Shown piece by piece: positions 30,594 to 44,634 of a DNA stretch of 64,000 bases. Position 1 is the stretch's first letter, and every line of letters begins with the position of its first letter. Origin of the DNA: the human T2T-CHM13v2.0 reference genome, Homo sapiens; the NCBI RefSeq assembly GCF_009914755.1, contig NC_060926.1; one strand, 5' to 3'. The notes beneath the pieces were generated by a model. It made no database searches, had not been told where the DNA came from, and was given only the letters and a program-made list of their open reading frames with translations. The position numbers and the translations under genes were made by a program.

Positions 30594-31165
30594 TGAAGGA
30601 GAACAATTCAAGGCAGGAACCTTCCCAGAATCCCCAAAATAATCCCCACTGGCTGACCCCTTGCTCAAGGAAAACCTGCAGTGAGCTTTACAGGATGGAT
30701 GCTCAATCTCTTAGGTGGGAGCAGAGAGCGGCAGGGCACGAAGCTCTGGTTGCCCCTGAATCGGATGAACTTTGTGAGTGGATGCAGGGTCAGAGAGGGA
30801 ATGGTGAGGGCTTCGCCATCTCCAAGGGTCTGTGCTCTCCGTTACTCTCAGGGGATCTGACCATCCTGAGAGCTCCAAGGTGGCAGAGGCCCATCTTCCC
30901 CATCTCAGTCCACTGTGGGATGCAGCGTCAAGCTCACGGTCGGCAGCAGGAGATGTTGGATGACTTATATTTATTTGGCAAGCGGGGGCCCCAGGAGTTG
31001 GGAGCAGCACAGGCCTTCCCTGAGTCTTGCTATGTAAGCATACCCATCCACTGTTGATGTCTTAAAAACTCAGAGGATTTGCTAATGTTCCCTAAGAATC
31101 TGCGTGTTATTGGATATGGGTATTTCCCAATTCAGTTAGAGCAAACTCAGTGTTTTTCTACATAA

Positions 31166-31494
<329 letters not shown>

Positions 31495-32180
31495 AATGCT
31501 ATTTCTTAATGTTAAACGTGGGTCTGGCAAATGGAGTTTGTATTCTGAAGCATCAAAACATCTGAGAGTTTTAATGGTTTAAAGGAAGAGAGGCACAATA
31601 TGTTAAATCAGACCATTCCCAAGAAATCTGAGCACATTGGTTCACCACTCACTTCCGGAGTTTCTGCTCTCTCTCTATGGCTGCTCCCTGTGGAATCCGT
31701 GGCCAGACCAGCCCTGTCTCATTTCCTAAGTGTTGTCTGCTCAGTCTCCATTCCCACCCTCATCCTTCCACTCTGGGTGCTCTTACTCCTGTGGTGGGGT
31801 GCAGGCAGCTGCAGCCCAGGGAGAAGCTGCTCAACAGATTCTCTGGGTTGGCAGCTAGGAGTGCGTGGGCTGCCCCACCCACCCATCAACTGCTGGGCCA
31901 GGAGGCCAGGTCTCTAATCACAGCTTGGCCTCACCATCAAAAGGTCAGAAAAGACCCATCCTCTGTCCTTCAAAGTCCCAACTTCAAGTGTAATTACTAG
32001 GTGCTTTCCCTGTGGGGGGAAAAAAATGGAAATCCTGCTGCATATCATCAGCATCCTTAAGCAGTCCCAGGGTATAATTTCCTCTGCCTCAGTGCTCCGA
32101 GGGTATTGGCAAGGGATTCGGACAGCCAACCTCTACCACAGGCACCAACGCAAGCCTTACAGCTCAGCACCTATACGTCA

Positions 32181-32189
32181 TTTCTTTCT

Positions 32190-32220
<31 letters not shown>

Positions 32221-32504
32221 GAGATGGAGTTTCACTCTTGTTGCCCAGGGCTGGAGTGCAATGGTGCGATCTCGGCTCACTGCAACCTCTGCCTCCCGGG
32301 TTCAAGCGATTCTCTTGCCTCAGCCTTCCTGAGTAGCTGGGATTACAGGCATGCGCCATCATGCCCGGCTAATTTTGTATTTTTAGTAGAGACGGGGTTT
32401 CTCCATGTTGGTCAGGCTGGTCTCAAACTCCCGACCTCAGATGATCCACCCGCCTTGGCCTCCCAAAGTGCTGGGATTACAGGCATGAGCCACTGTGCCC
32501 GGCC
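32181..32504 (-). mobile_element. AluSp-like
   Basis: tttctccatgttggtcaggctgg; TSD ATACGTCATTTCT. Confidence 0.95.
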
Positions 32505-33089
32505 CAATACGTCATTTCTATTGCCACTTCCCATGCAACATGCCTGCATCCCGTTAAATTGCACAGGGTGCTACAGCAAACCTGGAGAGAGTCCAGTGAC
32601 CCAAGGCAGAATGTAAGGCTGGCGTTTGGAGAGCTTGGTCACAAAACATCTGAGGCTTGAATACAATGGTGGGTGGGCTGCATCCTCCTGGGAGCATGGC
32701 CACAAACGTGCACCTTGGTCAGAGGAACCCCAGGACACCAGGGACCAGTGAGGGAAGAAGATGAATTTGAAAACCGTGGAGACAGTTAAGAGGCACGTGA
32801 GCACGAGGGCAGATGGGTGCAGCGGGGTTAGGATCTGCCCCAGATGCAGACTCCAAACCTGCTGTGCTCACAAGCTTGGGCCTTCTCATCTCACCCAGGG
32901 TGGGAATGATTGGAACAGCGCCCATCGGGGGTATATCATAGGGGTTGAATAAGACAGTGCGTAGAAAACCCTGCTTAAGGCAGAGCTGGCACCAGGAACC
33001 ACTCAGGAATGCAACCCTCTGTGAGTCCTAATTTCTGTTTACATCTGGCCTGGCCAAGGGTGCCCCTGAGGTTTCAGTTCTTGAGGCCC

Positions 33090-33261
33090 AAGTTTTCAGG
33101 GGATCTCAGAATGACTGATGTGCTTGGTTAAATGCAGATTCTGGGGTCTAACCACTACCCTTGGCCAGCTAAATTGGAATCTCTGTGGTAAGACAGGAAT
33201 CTGCATCCCCAAATAACCTCCTAAGAGAATCTGATGAATATTAACATGTGAGAACCTCTGG
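33090..33261. mobile_element. MER5-like hAT MITE
   Basis: aaatgcagattctggg...ggaatctgcat...tgagaacctctg. Confidence 0.65.
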
Positions 33262-33849
33262 AAGAATGCAGCATTCCTCTCTCTATTCAAAGCAAAGATG
33301 GAAAAATGAATAAGGTTTTTTACATTTCCCTGACACAAAAATGGTGCAGGCATGATAGTCCCAGTGTCCCCAGATAATGTTGGGGCAGCAGAGAGGCACC
33401 GGTCAGAGAGGGAGGCAGCCAGAACCCTGGAGTTATTATTCGTATGGGACGCACGTGGTCTGCCCTGTATCAGGGCCCCCTACCTGGACAACTGTCGAGG
33501 GTCCTTGATCGTCATCCATCTCAGGGTTAAAACCAAACATTCTCTGAGATGTTTTCCTAAACCCAACTACAGATGACAATAGTAAGAATTAAACTGATAA
33601 ACTAAGGTGGTTGAGTGTTTCCTGAGATTCAGGACAAGGATTTCGCCTACTTTATCCACTTGATCCTCCCAGTTTTCTTATCCTAGTCTGTAGCTGAAGA
33701 ACCTGAAGTTCTAACATGCTCCAGGTCACACCAAATATCCACTGATAAATGGAAAATGGTGGTGGGGGGAACTAACCACCAGTGTTCTTGATAACCCAAG
33801 TAGCATTCTTCACAGCTTCCAAAGCACTTAGCCACTCCTGCCATGGATA

Positions 33850-34107
33850 GTTTTCTGTTCGTGTGTCAGTTTGCTAGGGATAACGGCTTCCAGCTCCATC
33901 TGTGTTTCTGCAAAGGACATGATCTCAATCTTTTTTATGGCTGCATAGTATTCCAGGCTGTGTATGTACCACATTTTCTTGATCCAGTCTATCATTGTTG
34001 GGTATTTAGGTTGATTCCATATCTTTGCGATTGTGAATAGTGCTGCAGTGAACATACACGTGCATGTGCACAAGTACCCCTGAACTTAAAAGTTAAAAAA
34101 ACAAAAA
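33850..34107. mobile_element. Short L1PA with 5' inversion
   Basis: Antisense L1 (33850-34068) joined to the sense 3' terminus tgcacaagtacccctgaacttaaaagtt plus A-tail. Confidence 0.85.
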
Positions 34108-35281
34108 GAGAGAGAATGGATGAATCAGTGCAGGCCTGTGAGCTATCTTAGGATCTCTCTTGTGGAAAAATAACCTTCCTGTTAGAAAGGAGTCAGGGAC
34201 GCAGAGTAAAATAGGAGTTAGGGATCCAGGCTCTGAAGGAGGTGTGAATGGGTTCTAATCCCAGGTCTTCTGTTTAATGGCTTAATTGTTGTGTGGCCTT
34301 AGGCTGGTTCTAATCCTTCACTTCCTTATCTACGAAATTGGGGAAGACGGAGTAACAAAAATAAAATTATTTGATTTTCTTAGCTTTAAGTGAGATTATG
34401 TCAGTCCAGTGCCTAATATATTAGAAAGCACTCTTAAGTCTTGCCTTTCTTTCTGGAGTTAGAGTTAAGAGAAACTGAGCATAAGAAATTTTATGATGTA
34501 ATTTCTTAGAATAAGTTCATAAAAATGGTCTTCCCAGTGAAAATTACAAGTATCTGTAGCATGCTCTGGCCCACATCCTCAGGCTTTCAACATTCTCAGA
34601 ATTTAAGATCACTGTGAGTAATCTGATTGCTGAGTGGAAAATGCAGGTGTTTAAATGTGATGACAACCATGCACTCTGTGATCCAAGGCCATCATTAGGG
34701 ACTGAGCCATCCCCAGGGTGCTTAGGCGGATATTGGGAACTCTTTAGCTTGACATTCCTTCCTTCCTTTTTATGTTTGATAAAGTCCATTTGGAACGTAT
34801 GTTGAGAGGATGGCACATTTTGCATGCAGAACAATTACAACCAGAAGGCAAACATTTGGGGCCATTTTATTGTTCCAAGAAACACCTCAGTGACTGATTT
34901 CATAATGCTGGAACCGAACATTGATAATGTTAAAATTAAAACTACATGTGGAGACTACAGCCAGAGTGGCCTCCTTTTCCTGCCGTAGTTAACTGTTTTC
35001 TCATTTTGTAGTTTGCATTCATTGTTTTCTTCGCTAATTTGAAATATACGAAGAACTCACAATTTGGCTTCCAACTGTAGAAAAAAAATCCAATTGAATG
35101 CACAAGTATTTATTGGGAAACTAGGGTATGAATAGATGTTTTTCCACAATTCCAGTATGGCACGGCATCAAAGGTGCTCTTTTAAAGGAGTGACTATGGA
35201 GTAAAAGTGGTGAAACAATCCCAGGCTTCCCAAGAGGTCATTGATTAAATTTGATTTACTCATAATGAAAGACTCACCCAT

Positions 35282-35650
35282 GGCTGGGCACAGTGGCTCA
35301 CACTTGTAATCCCAGCACTTTGGGAGGCCAAGGTCAGGAGTTTGAGACCAGTCTGGCCAACATGGTGAAACCTTGTCTCTACTAAAAATACAAAAACTTA
35401 GCCGGGCGTGGTGGTGGGCGCCTGTAATCCCAGCTACTAGGGAGGCTGAGGCAGGAGAATTGCTTGAGGTTGCGGTGAGCTGAGATCGCACCATTGCACT
35501 CCAGCCTGGGCAACAAGAGCAAAACTCCATCAAAAGAAAGAAAGAGAGAAAGAGAAAGAAAGAAAGAGAAAGAAAGAGAAAGAAAGAAAGAAAGAAAGGA
35601 AGAAAGAAAGAAACAAAGAGAAAGAAAGAAACAAAGAAGAAAGAAAGAAA
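35282..35650 (+). mobile_element. AluS with two internal deletions and (GAAA)n tail
   Basis: Alu consensus; TSD GACTCACCCAT. Confidence 0.93.
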
Positions 35651-35810
35651 CGACTCACCCATTTACTTGTCTTCTCCCTTCTTGAGCTAAAAATCTGGGT
35701 GTGAGATATGGAGGGGGTGGGGTTACTGAGAGTGCCTAGCCAGGAAGGACAAGGACCACGGAAGACAAGTCCACTGCTGGAGGACTCACTGCAGTCCCCA
35801 GGACCTCTTT

Positions 35811-35920
35811 TTTTTTTTTATTATACTTTAAGTTTTAGGGTACATGTGCACATTGTGCAGGTTAGTTACATATGTATACATGTGCCATGCTGGTGTGCTG
35901 CACCCACTAACTCGTCATCT
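35811..35920 (-). mobile_element. L1PA2-like 3' end, about 110 bp
   Basis: Near-consensus young L1 3'UTR; perfect TSD AGGACCTCTTT at 35800-35810 and 35921-35931. Confidence 0.95.
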
Positions 35921-36649
35921 AGGACCTCTTTAATATGTTATTCAGAGCACGATCCTGTTACTTCCCGGCACCAATCACCTCGTGGCACTCCAGGGCAATG
36001 AGAAATAATTGCACGTCCGGGTTCTGCCCACCCCTCTTTCTGTCTGCCTGTCTGTCTCTCAGTGTCTTTCTCTATCTCCCTTTCCACCTCCTTCACTATT
36101 CACACTTTCTCTGATGTTTCAAATCCCCAAACTTGCAGAGCTCCTTCCAGCTGTGGGGGCCTCTGCATCTCTCTGGGAAAGTCTGTCTCTGCCTTTTCCA
36201 TCACAGTGGACCTTGGCCAGAGATGTTGCCCAAGATCTTCTTGGAAGTCCCCAAATGTGCATGCCCATCGTGTCCTTCTGCACGAGCTCCAGAGTGTGAG
36301 AGGCCGACTGGAGTCAAGAAAGTCTGAGTTGGCTGGAGGCCGCATTCCCTGTGGTCGACCCAGCTTGCTCACTGCCCAGTGACTGGACCCACGCTGCATC
36401 ATCACCACATGTGATGCCAGTTAGGTCTGGCTGTCCCTGTCCCAGGGCTGCACATGAGTTCCTCCTTTTCATTCTGGCAGGTTGTCTCCCTGGAGCAGCC
36501 TTCTCAGCTGAAGTCTCCCGGCTCCCAGCGGCCATCCCATCACCCTGTCTGCCTGTCTTATAACTGGTCACTGGGTGCCTCTCGCCATCTTCAGGGGGCC
36601 AGTGCAGCATAAGGAACAGGCGAGCCAGCTGGCTCAGAGGCATCCTGTC

Positions 36650-36830
36650 TGAGTGCAAAGCCCAGCTTGCCCTGCTTGCTCGAGATGTGTCTTTAGACAA
36701 GCAACTTCACCCTTCCATGCCTCAGTTTCCCTACATGCAACATGGGAGTGATGAGTCACCTCATTTGGGGTTATTGTGAGGATTAGGTGGAATAATACCC
36801 AAGAAGCACTGGCCAGAGGGTGAACATCCA
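36650..36830 (+). mobile_element. MIR
   Basis: gcctcagtttccctacatgcaacatggg...gttattgtgaggattag. Confidence 0.7.
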
Positions 36831-37380
36831 AGAATGGGAGTTCAGGAGAATATTCCTTTCTCCCTCCCTTGTGCTGGGGCGCACACACTTCTCTTTCTTC
36901 TCTGTTCAGTTCCCTCTCTTTGTGAAGCAATGTGGGATATTGGAATGAGTATAGCTTGGGTCTGATCTATCCAGTTTACTAATGGGTAACTTAATCCTTT
37001 CTGGACTTCAGTTTCCTACAATGGGAATAATCCTTCTCTCATAGTTGTTGGGAAAACAGAATGAGGGAACAGTTTTTGAATAGCTCCCATGGCTTTTACT
37101 GATTCTTATGTTAAAAGACATGTTCAGTTCAACAAATACCAGTCCTCACCATGGTGTTAATCATGGTAATACCTGACCATGATTAGCACCATTGCACTCC
37201 AGCCTGGGCAACAAGAGTGTACAATCAATATGCGCTGGGTAGTACAATCAATTCAGTTGCTCCAGGAAAAATAAAGCCCCACTTTTAAGGTGAAATTAAG
37301 TATAATGTTAGGCTTTTTTAAAGCTCTTAAAAACTCTAAATTCCATGTAACATCTCCACAAAAGCCTATTGCTTATTGAC

Positions 37381-37678
<298 letters not shown>

Positions 37679-39059
37679 GCCTATTGACTTTTCATTGCAT
37701 TCTACATTTGGACAGGTTTTATATTGAGTTTCACGGAGGTATGATTATAAAACTGCATCATTACTAGTGATGTCACTGCATTGCTTACTACCTTTCTCAT
37801 TAAAATGATCTATTATTTGAGATTATATTAGACGAGCCTGTGTGGACCTACACTTCTATGGAAAAGGGGCTTTCTCATTTCCAGATAAATCGATTAACAA
37901 ATGAACCTTCTGAAAACTTGCTTGTGTAAGGAATTCAAATTAAATTTATTCTGTGAATACCTGTCAATATTTCTAATCAACTGGCTGGCTTGAGGTGATT
38001 TCTTATAAGAAAAATAACCAGGGATCATCTTCATAATCACTATGGTAGATTGTAAGAGATGGCATCCGGATGGGGTCTTTGCTATCAGCCTGCGGATGCC
38101 CTTCAGCAGCACCTGTCCCATCGCAAGACTTCCGTGAGGCTCCAGGGCTCAGCTCCAAGGAGGGCGGGATCCTTCCTGATACTCAGGCTGAACAGCAATG
38201 GAGGCAAAGAAAAATTAAGAGCTTGACCGGAAATAGGGGAATCCCTACACAAAAGAAGGAAGTTTGAACACAATAAGAAATGAAATGAGTTCCACGGAAA
38301 GGAAACAGGAGCTCTGCTGTGTTGATATAGAGCCTAGAGAGAGAAAAAAAAAACTGCTCTGGATTTTCCCCCAACAGTAGGAGAAATCTGTGCAACCTCC
38401 AGCCAGCTGCAGGTGAGGCTAGTGCCTGTCGTCAGGCTGGGGAATGACCTGAAAGCATGGTCAGTCAGTTCAACGTGAAGCTGATATGCCAGAAGAGCGA
38501 GCACCTGGCAGGCCTGAACTTACAGCTCTAAGGTCCAGCTCCACCAAGGACACCTCCGTAAATGGAATGTATGACTCTCATCACAGCCAGACTGACAGTA
38601 CTTGGAGCCAGACTGACAGTTGTCAGTTGTCAGTCCTGGCTTGACCACTCCCTAGCTCTGTTACCCGGACAAGGTGCTTTCCTTCAAAGCACTAGTTTCC
38701 TCTTTCATAGGGTGGGATACTAGAAGTGCCTACTTCATATAGAGTGTACAAAGGATGAATCACAAATGAATATAGCACTTAGTGCTGGGTAAATGTCAGC
38801 ATGGTTATGATGAGGACTGCTGGTAATACACTCATTCCATTCAGTAATTAGCAGAGGGGCTGGGGCAGAAGGAAGAATAAATAAGGCATAACTCAAAGAC
38901 CTTACAGTCTGGCCAAAACAAGAGTCCCCTTCCTATGATGAGTGATGGGGGGTGTGCACTCCTAGAGAGGCACCTAGAAGGAAGAGAGTAAACATTTCCA
39001 TAAGGTGGGGTCACTCAACCTGGCAAATGAATTCAGAGTTTTTTCAGGTGGAGACGATA

Positions 39060-40080
39060 AGAGAAGCAGTGTATATGAACACTTAACTTATGACAAAGTT
39101 GGCGTTCTAGAGCACTGGGAAAATGGTCATCTTTACAGTAAATTATTCCAAAACAATTGGATATTCATATAAGACAATATATTAAGCTAGGACATGATCG
39201 AAAACACAAACTTGGGCTATCTGAATCAAAGAGAAGGTGTGGTCACTCTACCTGCAACCACCTACCTATAATTTCCCTCTTAGGCATATACCCCACAGAA
39301 ATGCTTGCACAGATGTTACAAGAGATGGACACAGGCATGCATGTAGCAGCATTATTCATGACCGCCACCAGCTGGCAACAACACAAATGTCCACCAACTC
39401 CACGATGGATGAATACATCGCAGCGTATCCCTACAATGGAAGACAGCACGCGCAGTCTTTATTGCCAAAGCTCTATGAGAAGTCTTTCTATCCAGTAACA
39501 TGAAGTCCTCCAATGTTGTTCTTCAAGTTTGTTTTGTTATTCTTGGCACGTCCATTTTCGCAGTAATTTTAGAATCATTTTGTGAATTTCCCAAAAACTT
39601 AAGTGAAAGAACACACACAAAAAGATCATTCTGTGTATCTTCATTTATATAAAAGGCCCCTCAAATAGGAAGAACTAGACTAATAATGTTTAGAGATACA
39701 AGTTCACAGAAATAACCACAAAGAAAGGTGAGGATGCTGTTGCCTTGAACGTGGGATCTAGAAGGGAGGGGAAGCAGTGACTGATGCTGGCTGCTGGCTG
39801 TGACTTTTCTCCTGACATGAAGAGAGGTTGCAAGTATTCGCTCTGCGATAGTTCACTAAGCTGTACATTTGGTTTCATGGGGTTTTTTTTTTCCTCTAAA
39901 TGTGCTTTATTTGACAATAATGTTTTTAATCTGTGGATATAAAATTTAAAAGTTTTGTCCTAAAAGAGACATCATAAAGTGATAAGATGACATGTAAGAC
40001 AGGGAAGATATTTGTAAAACATAAAACTGATAAATGATTATTGTGCAGAATAAATAATGAATGCCTATAAATCGATTAGC
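39060..40080 (+). mobile_element. Ancient L1M fragments
   Basis: ORF2-end-like peptide (ISLLGIYPTEM...HVAALFMTATSWQQHKCP) and L1M-like flanks. Confidence 0.65.
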
Positions 40081-40347
40081 AATATACAGTCAGGGTCAAG
40101 GATGAACCACATATATGATGATAATCCCATAGGATTATAATGGAGCTGGAAAATTCCTATCACCTAGCAGTGACGCCATAGCCATCTTCACGTGGCATAA
40201 GACATCGTGGTGGTGCTGGTGTAAGCAACCTACCATGCTGCCTGTTGTATAAAAGAGTAGCACATACAATTACGTACAGTACATGGTACTGGCTTATATA
40301 TTTATAACACCCTGCTTTTAATCATTATTTCAGAATGCACTCCTTCT

Positions 40348-40383
40348 ACACACACACACACACACACATATGTGTATATATAC

Positions 40384-40437
<54 letters not shown>
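40348..40437. repeat. (CA)n-(TA)n compound microsatellite
   Basis: Direct observation. Confidence 0.95.
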
Positions 40438-40440
<3 letters not shown>

Positions 40441-40836
40441 AAAGTTAATTGTAAAACAGCCTCAGGCAGCTCCCTCAGGAGGTATTCCAGAAGAAGGCAC
40501 TGTCATCATAGGAGATGACAGCTCTATGCATGTAATTGCCCCTGAAAACCTTCCAGTGGGACAGTTATGTGGAGGTGGAAGACAGTGATATAGATGATTC
40601 TGACCCTGTGTAGGCCTAGGCTAATGTGTGTGTTTATGTCTTAGTTTTTAATAAAAAAGTTTAAAAAGTTAAAAAAATTGAAAATTTTAAAATAGAAAAA
40701 AGCATATAGAATGAGAATATAAAGACAAAAATATTTGGTACAGCTGTACAATGTGTTTGTGTTCTAAGTTAAGTATTATTACAAGAGTCAACTTTTTAAA
40801 AATTAAAATGTTTATAAAGTAAAAAAGTTAAAGTAA

Positions 40837-41186
<350 letters not shown>

Positions 41187-41346
41187 GGAAAATGTTTTTA
41201 TAAATGTAGTATAGTCTCAGTCTCAGTGTCCAATGTTTATAAACTCTTCACAGTACAGTACTGTCCTAGGCCTTCACACTCACCCACCAGTCACTCATTC
41301 ACCCACTCAGAGCAACTTCCAGTCGCTCAGGCTCCATTCATGGTAA

Positions 41347-41651
<305 letters not shown>

Positions 41652-42295
41652 ACCATTTTTATCTTTTATACCCTATTTCTACTGTACCTTTTCTACATAC
41701 TAACCATTGCATTATAATTGCTTACAGTATTCAGTACACTAGTACAGTCACATTCTGTGCAGGTTTGAAGCCTAGGAATAATAGGCTATCCCATATAGCC
41801 TAGGTGTGGAGTATGCTAGGCCATCTAGGTTTGTGTGAGCACATGCTATGATGTTCACACAATGACAAAGTCGCCTAACAACGCATTTCTCAGAATGCAT
41901 CTTGGACATTAAGCAACACATGACTGTATATACACATACATACATACACACATGTATGTACATGGATGTACATACTGACATGAATATATACATTTGTGTA
42001 CATGCATATATGCACATACCTATATATACATTCATATATATAAATTAGACAAAATCCTGGGCAGTCATCACAGAACAGGAAAGATACCTACCAAATAAAT
42101 ATATGAAACCATGTACAGTATTATTAAAAGTCCAAGAAATACAAATTATAATTGAGGGGAGATGCCATTTTACTCTTCCTAGACTGGCCAAATTCAAAGT
42201 TCTGGTGACAAAGGAAAACAGAGCAGCCTGGAGAAGTGGCTGATCCAGGCAGGTGAATGAGCCTGGGTATCTTGTACCAAAGGGCAAGGCGGTTA

Positions 42296-42634
<339 letters not shown>

Positions 42635-43343
42635 AAACCACAGTAGAGCCTTAAGGACTCAGCCATCAACTTGTAGGGGCTCCTACCTGCCTGCAATGCA
42701 ACCATCTGTGCTTTAATAAAAACAATACCACGATAGATTAAAAACTCAGCAAACATTTCAATCCATGACTTCCTCGTGATGCCCAAAAAACATAATTGAT
42801 CCCCATCAAAAACCTAATTGATCCACATTAGAAGAGGATGTAGTGAATATTACGTAATAATTTTTAAGTAAATAAATATATGTGAAATTAATTGGATGGA
42901 TTAAACTTAGACGGCAGGGAGTAGAAAGAGGCACAAACAACATGGCCGGGGTACCCGAGAGTCACCGGGTCTGCTAACGGAGCTGGCTTTTGAGCTGGGC
43001 ACTAAAGGATGGGGTCAAATTCCTCATGAGGGCTTGGGGCAGAGTCCATGGGTCCAGGGCAGAGCATTCAAATGTCAGAGGCAGGAGAACTTGTAATGGC
43101 CCCAGCACAGAGTCCGGTTCTCTAGAATTCAGTGGACCTGCAGGGAATTTTAGGGCAAACAGCGGAACCCACAGCATGAAGAGCCCGGGATGGTGGTGTG
43201 AGGTGGCGGGGCTCAGTGCAGTCCCCAGAGATCCCTCAGCCCTAGGCCTGGAGAAGTGATCCGCAGGGCTGCAGCGAGAGCTTCTCCCTGCCTCAGCCTT
43301 TGATTTGTTCCCACAGGAGACACTCAGCACGAACAGATCTTCC

Positions 43344-43420
43344 AAGATTTCAGTCACTTTTAGATTTCAGTTGCTTTAAGATTTCAGTCACTTTTAGATT
43401 TCAGTTGCTTTAAGATTTCA
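43344..43420. repeat. 34-bp tandem duplication built from alternating 17-bp subunits
   Basis: (aagatttcagtcacttt tagatttcagttgcttt)x2 plus aagatttca. Confidence 0.95.
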
Positions 43421-44338
43421 AGATGGCGGAGTTCAGACTCCTCTGGCGTATTTCCTGGTAGAGTGGGAAGTCCGTCCTGCCAGGGCTGGGCTCCTGCTCA
43501 GCCACCCACTCTGCATCCTTGGGCAGGTAATTCCCCTTCTAAGCATCTCTTTCCACTGTTGTGAAAACCTGAGCAAGTGAGTGAGAAGCACAGGAAAGGT
43601 GCTCAGTATGTGAGTCCCCTCCACCACCCTCAGAGTCCACCAGCCCTGCAGGGCTCTCCAGCTGCTCAGCCTAACAATCCTGGTCTCCTGGACCCTGGCC
43701 CTTGCTCTCTTTTAAGTTCTCTGATATCCATCATGTTTATCTTCTGCTTTCAAAGCTCCAGTTCCAGGGATGTCTTTTTCTGACCCATGGGTTGAGGCTA
43801 AGAGGTGAACACATTCCTCATTCGCTTCTCTGCATAGCTCACATTCTTTCTCTGAAGCCCCTGTCCTAGAAAGGATATAATCACTATTGTCAGAGACTTA
43901 GCCTGGCGAGAGCGCCCAGGAAAACTCGATCTTAAAAATTGACTCTGTCGCTTTCATCACTCTGGCTGATGGATAAACGTAAGGGTTTAACTCACACATT
44001 CTCAGATGTGTTCTAAATATTAGTAACCTTCTACTTTCCAATGAAGACTGATGATAAGCTTTCTCATAGCTGGCTCAACTCTTATATTTGTGTGTAGCTC
44101 ACACTGACTCCAAGAAGAATTAAGAATCTAATGTAAGCAATGTGAGAAATCCACTCATCCCAAATCATGGTTAAAACTATTGTCTCAAAACAGTAAAATG
44201 CATTTCAAAAAAAGATTACATGTCAACTATAATAAACAGGTAGGGTTTCAATCACACAGCAGAATAGAAACAAAGAAGAGGTCACTCTTTCCCCTCTTAT
44301 TTAAATGACTTTCCAGCTAGTCTAAAAGCAAACAAGTG

Positions 44339-44634
<296 letters not shown>

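Noticed and set aside
32026-32616. Longest ORF (196 aa) and similar ORFs at 52853, 35168 and 3521
   Set aside because: They run through antisense Alus and translate to stock Alu peptides ([22 protein letters not shown])
42225-42250. gcctggagaagtg shared with about 43246
   Set aside because: Only a 13-bp match and the first copy lies in an old L1M remnant; likely chance
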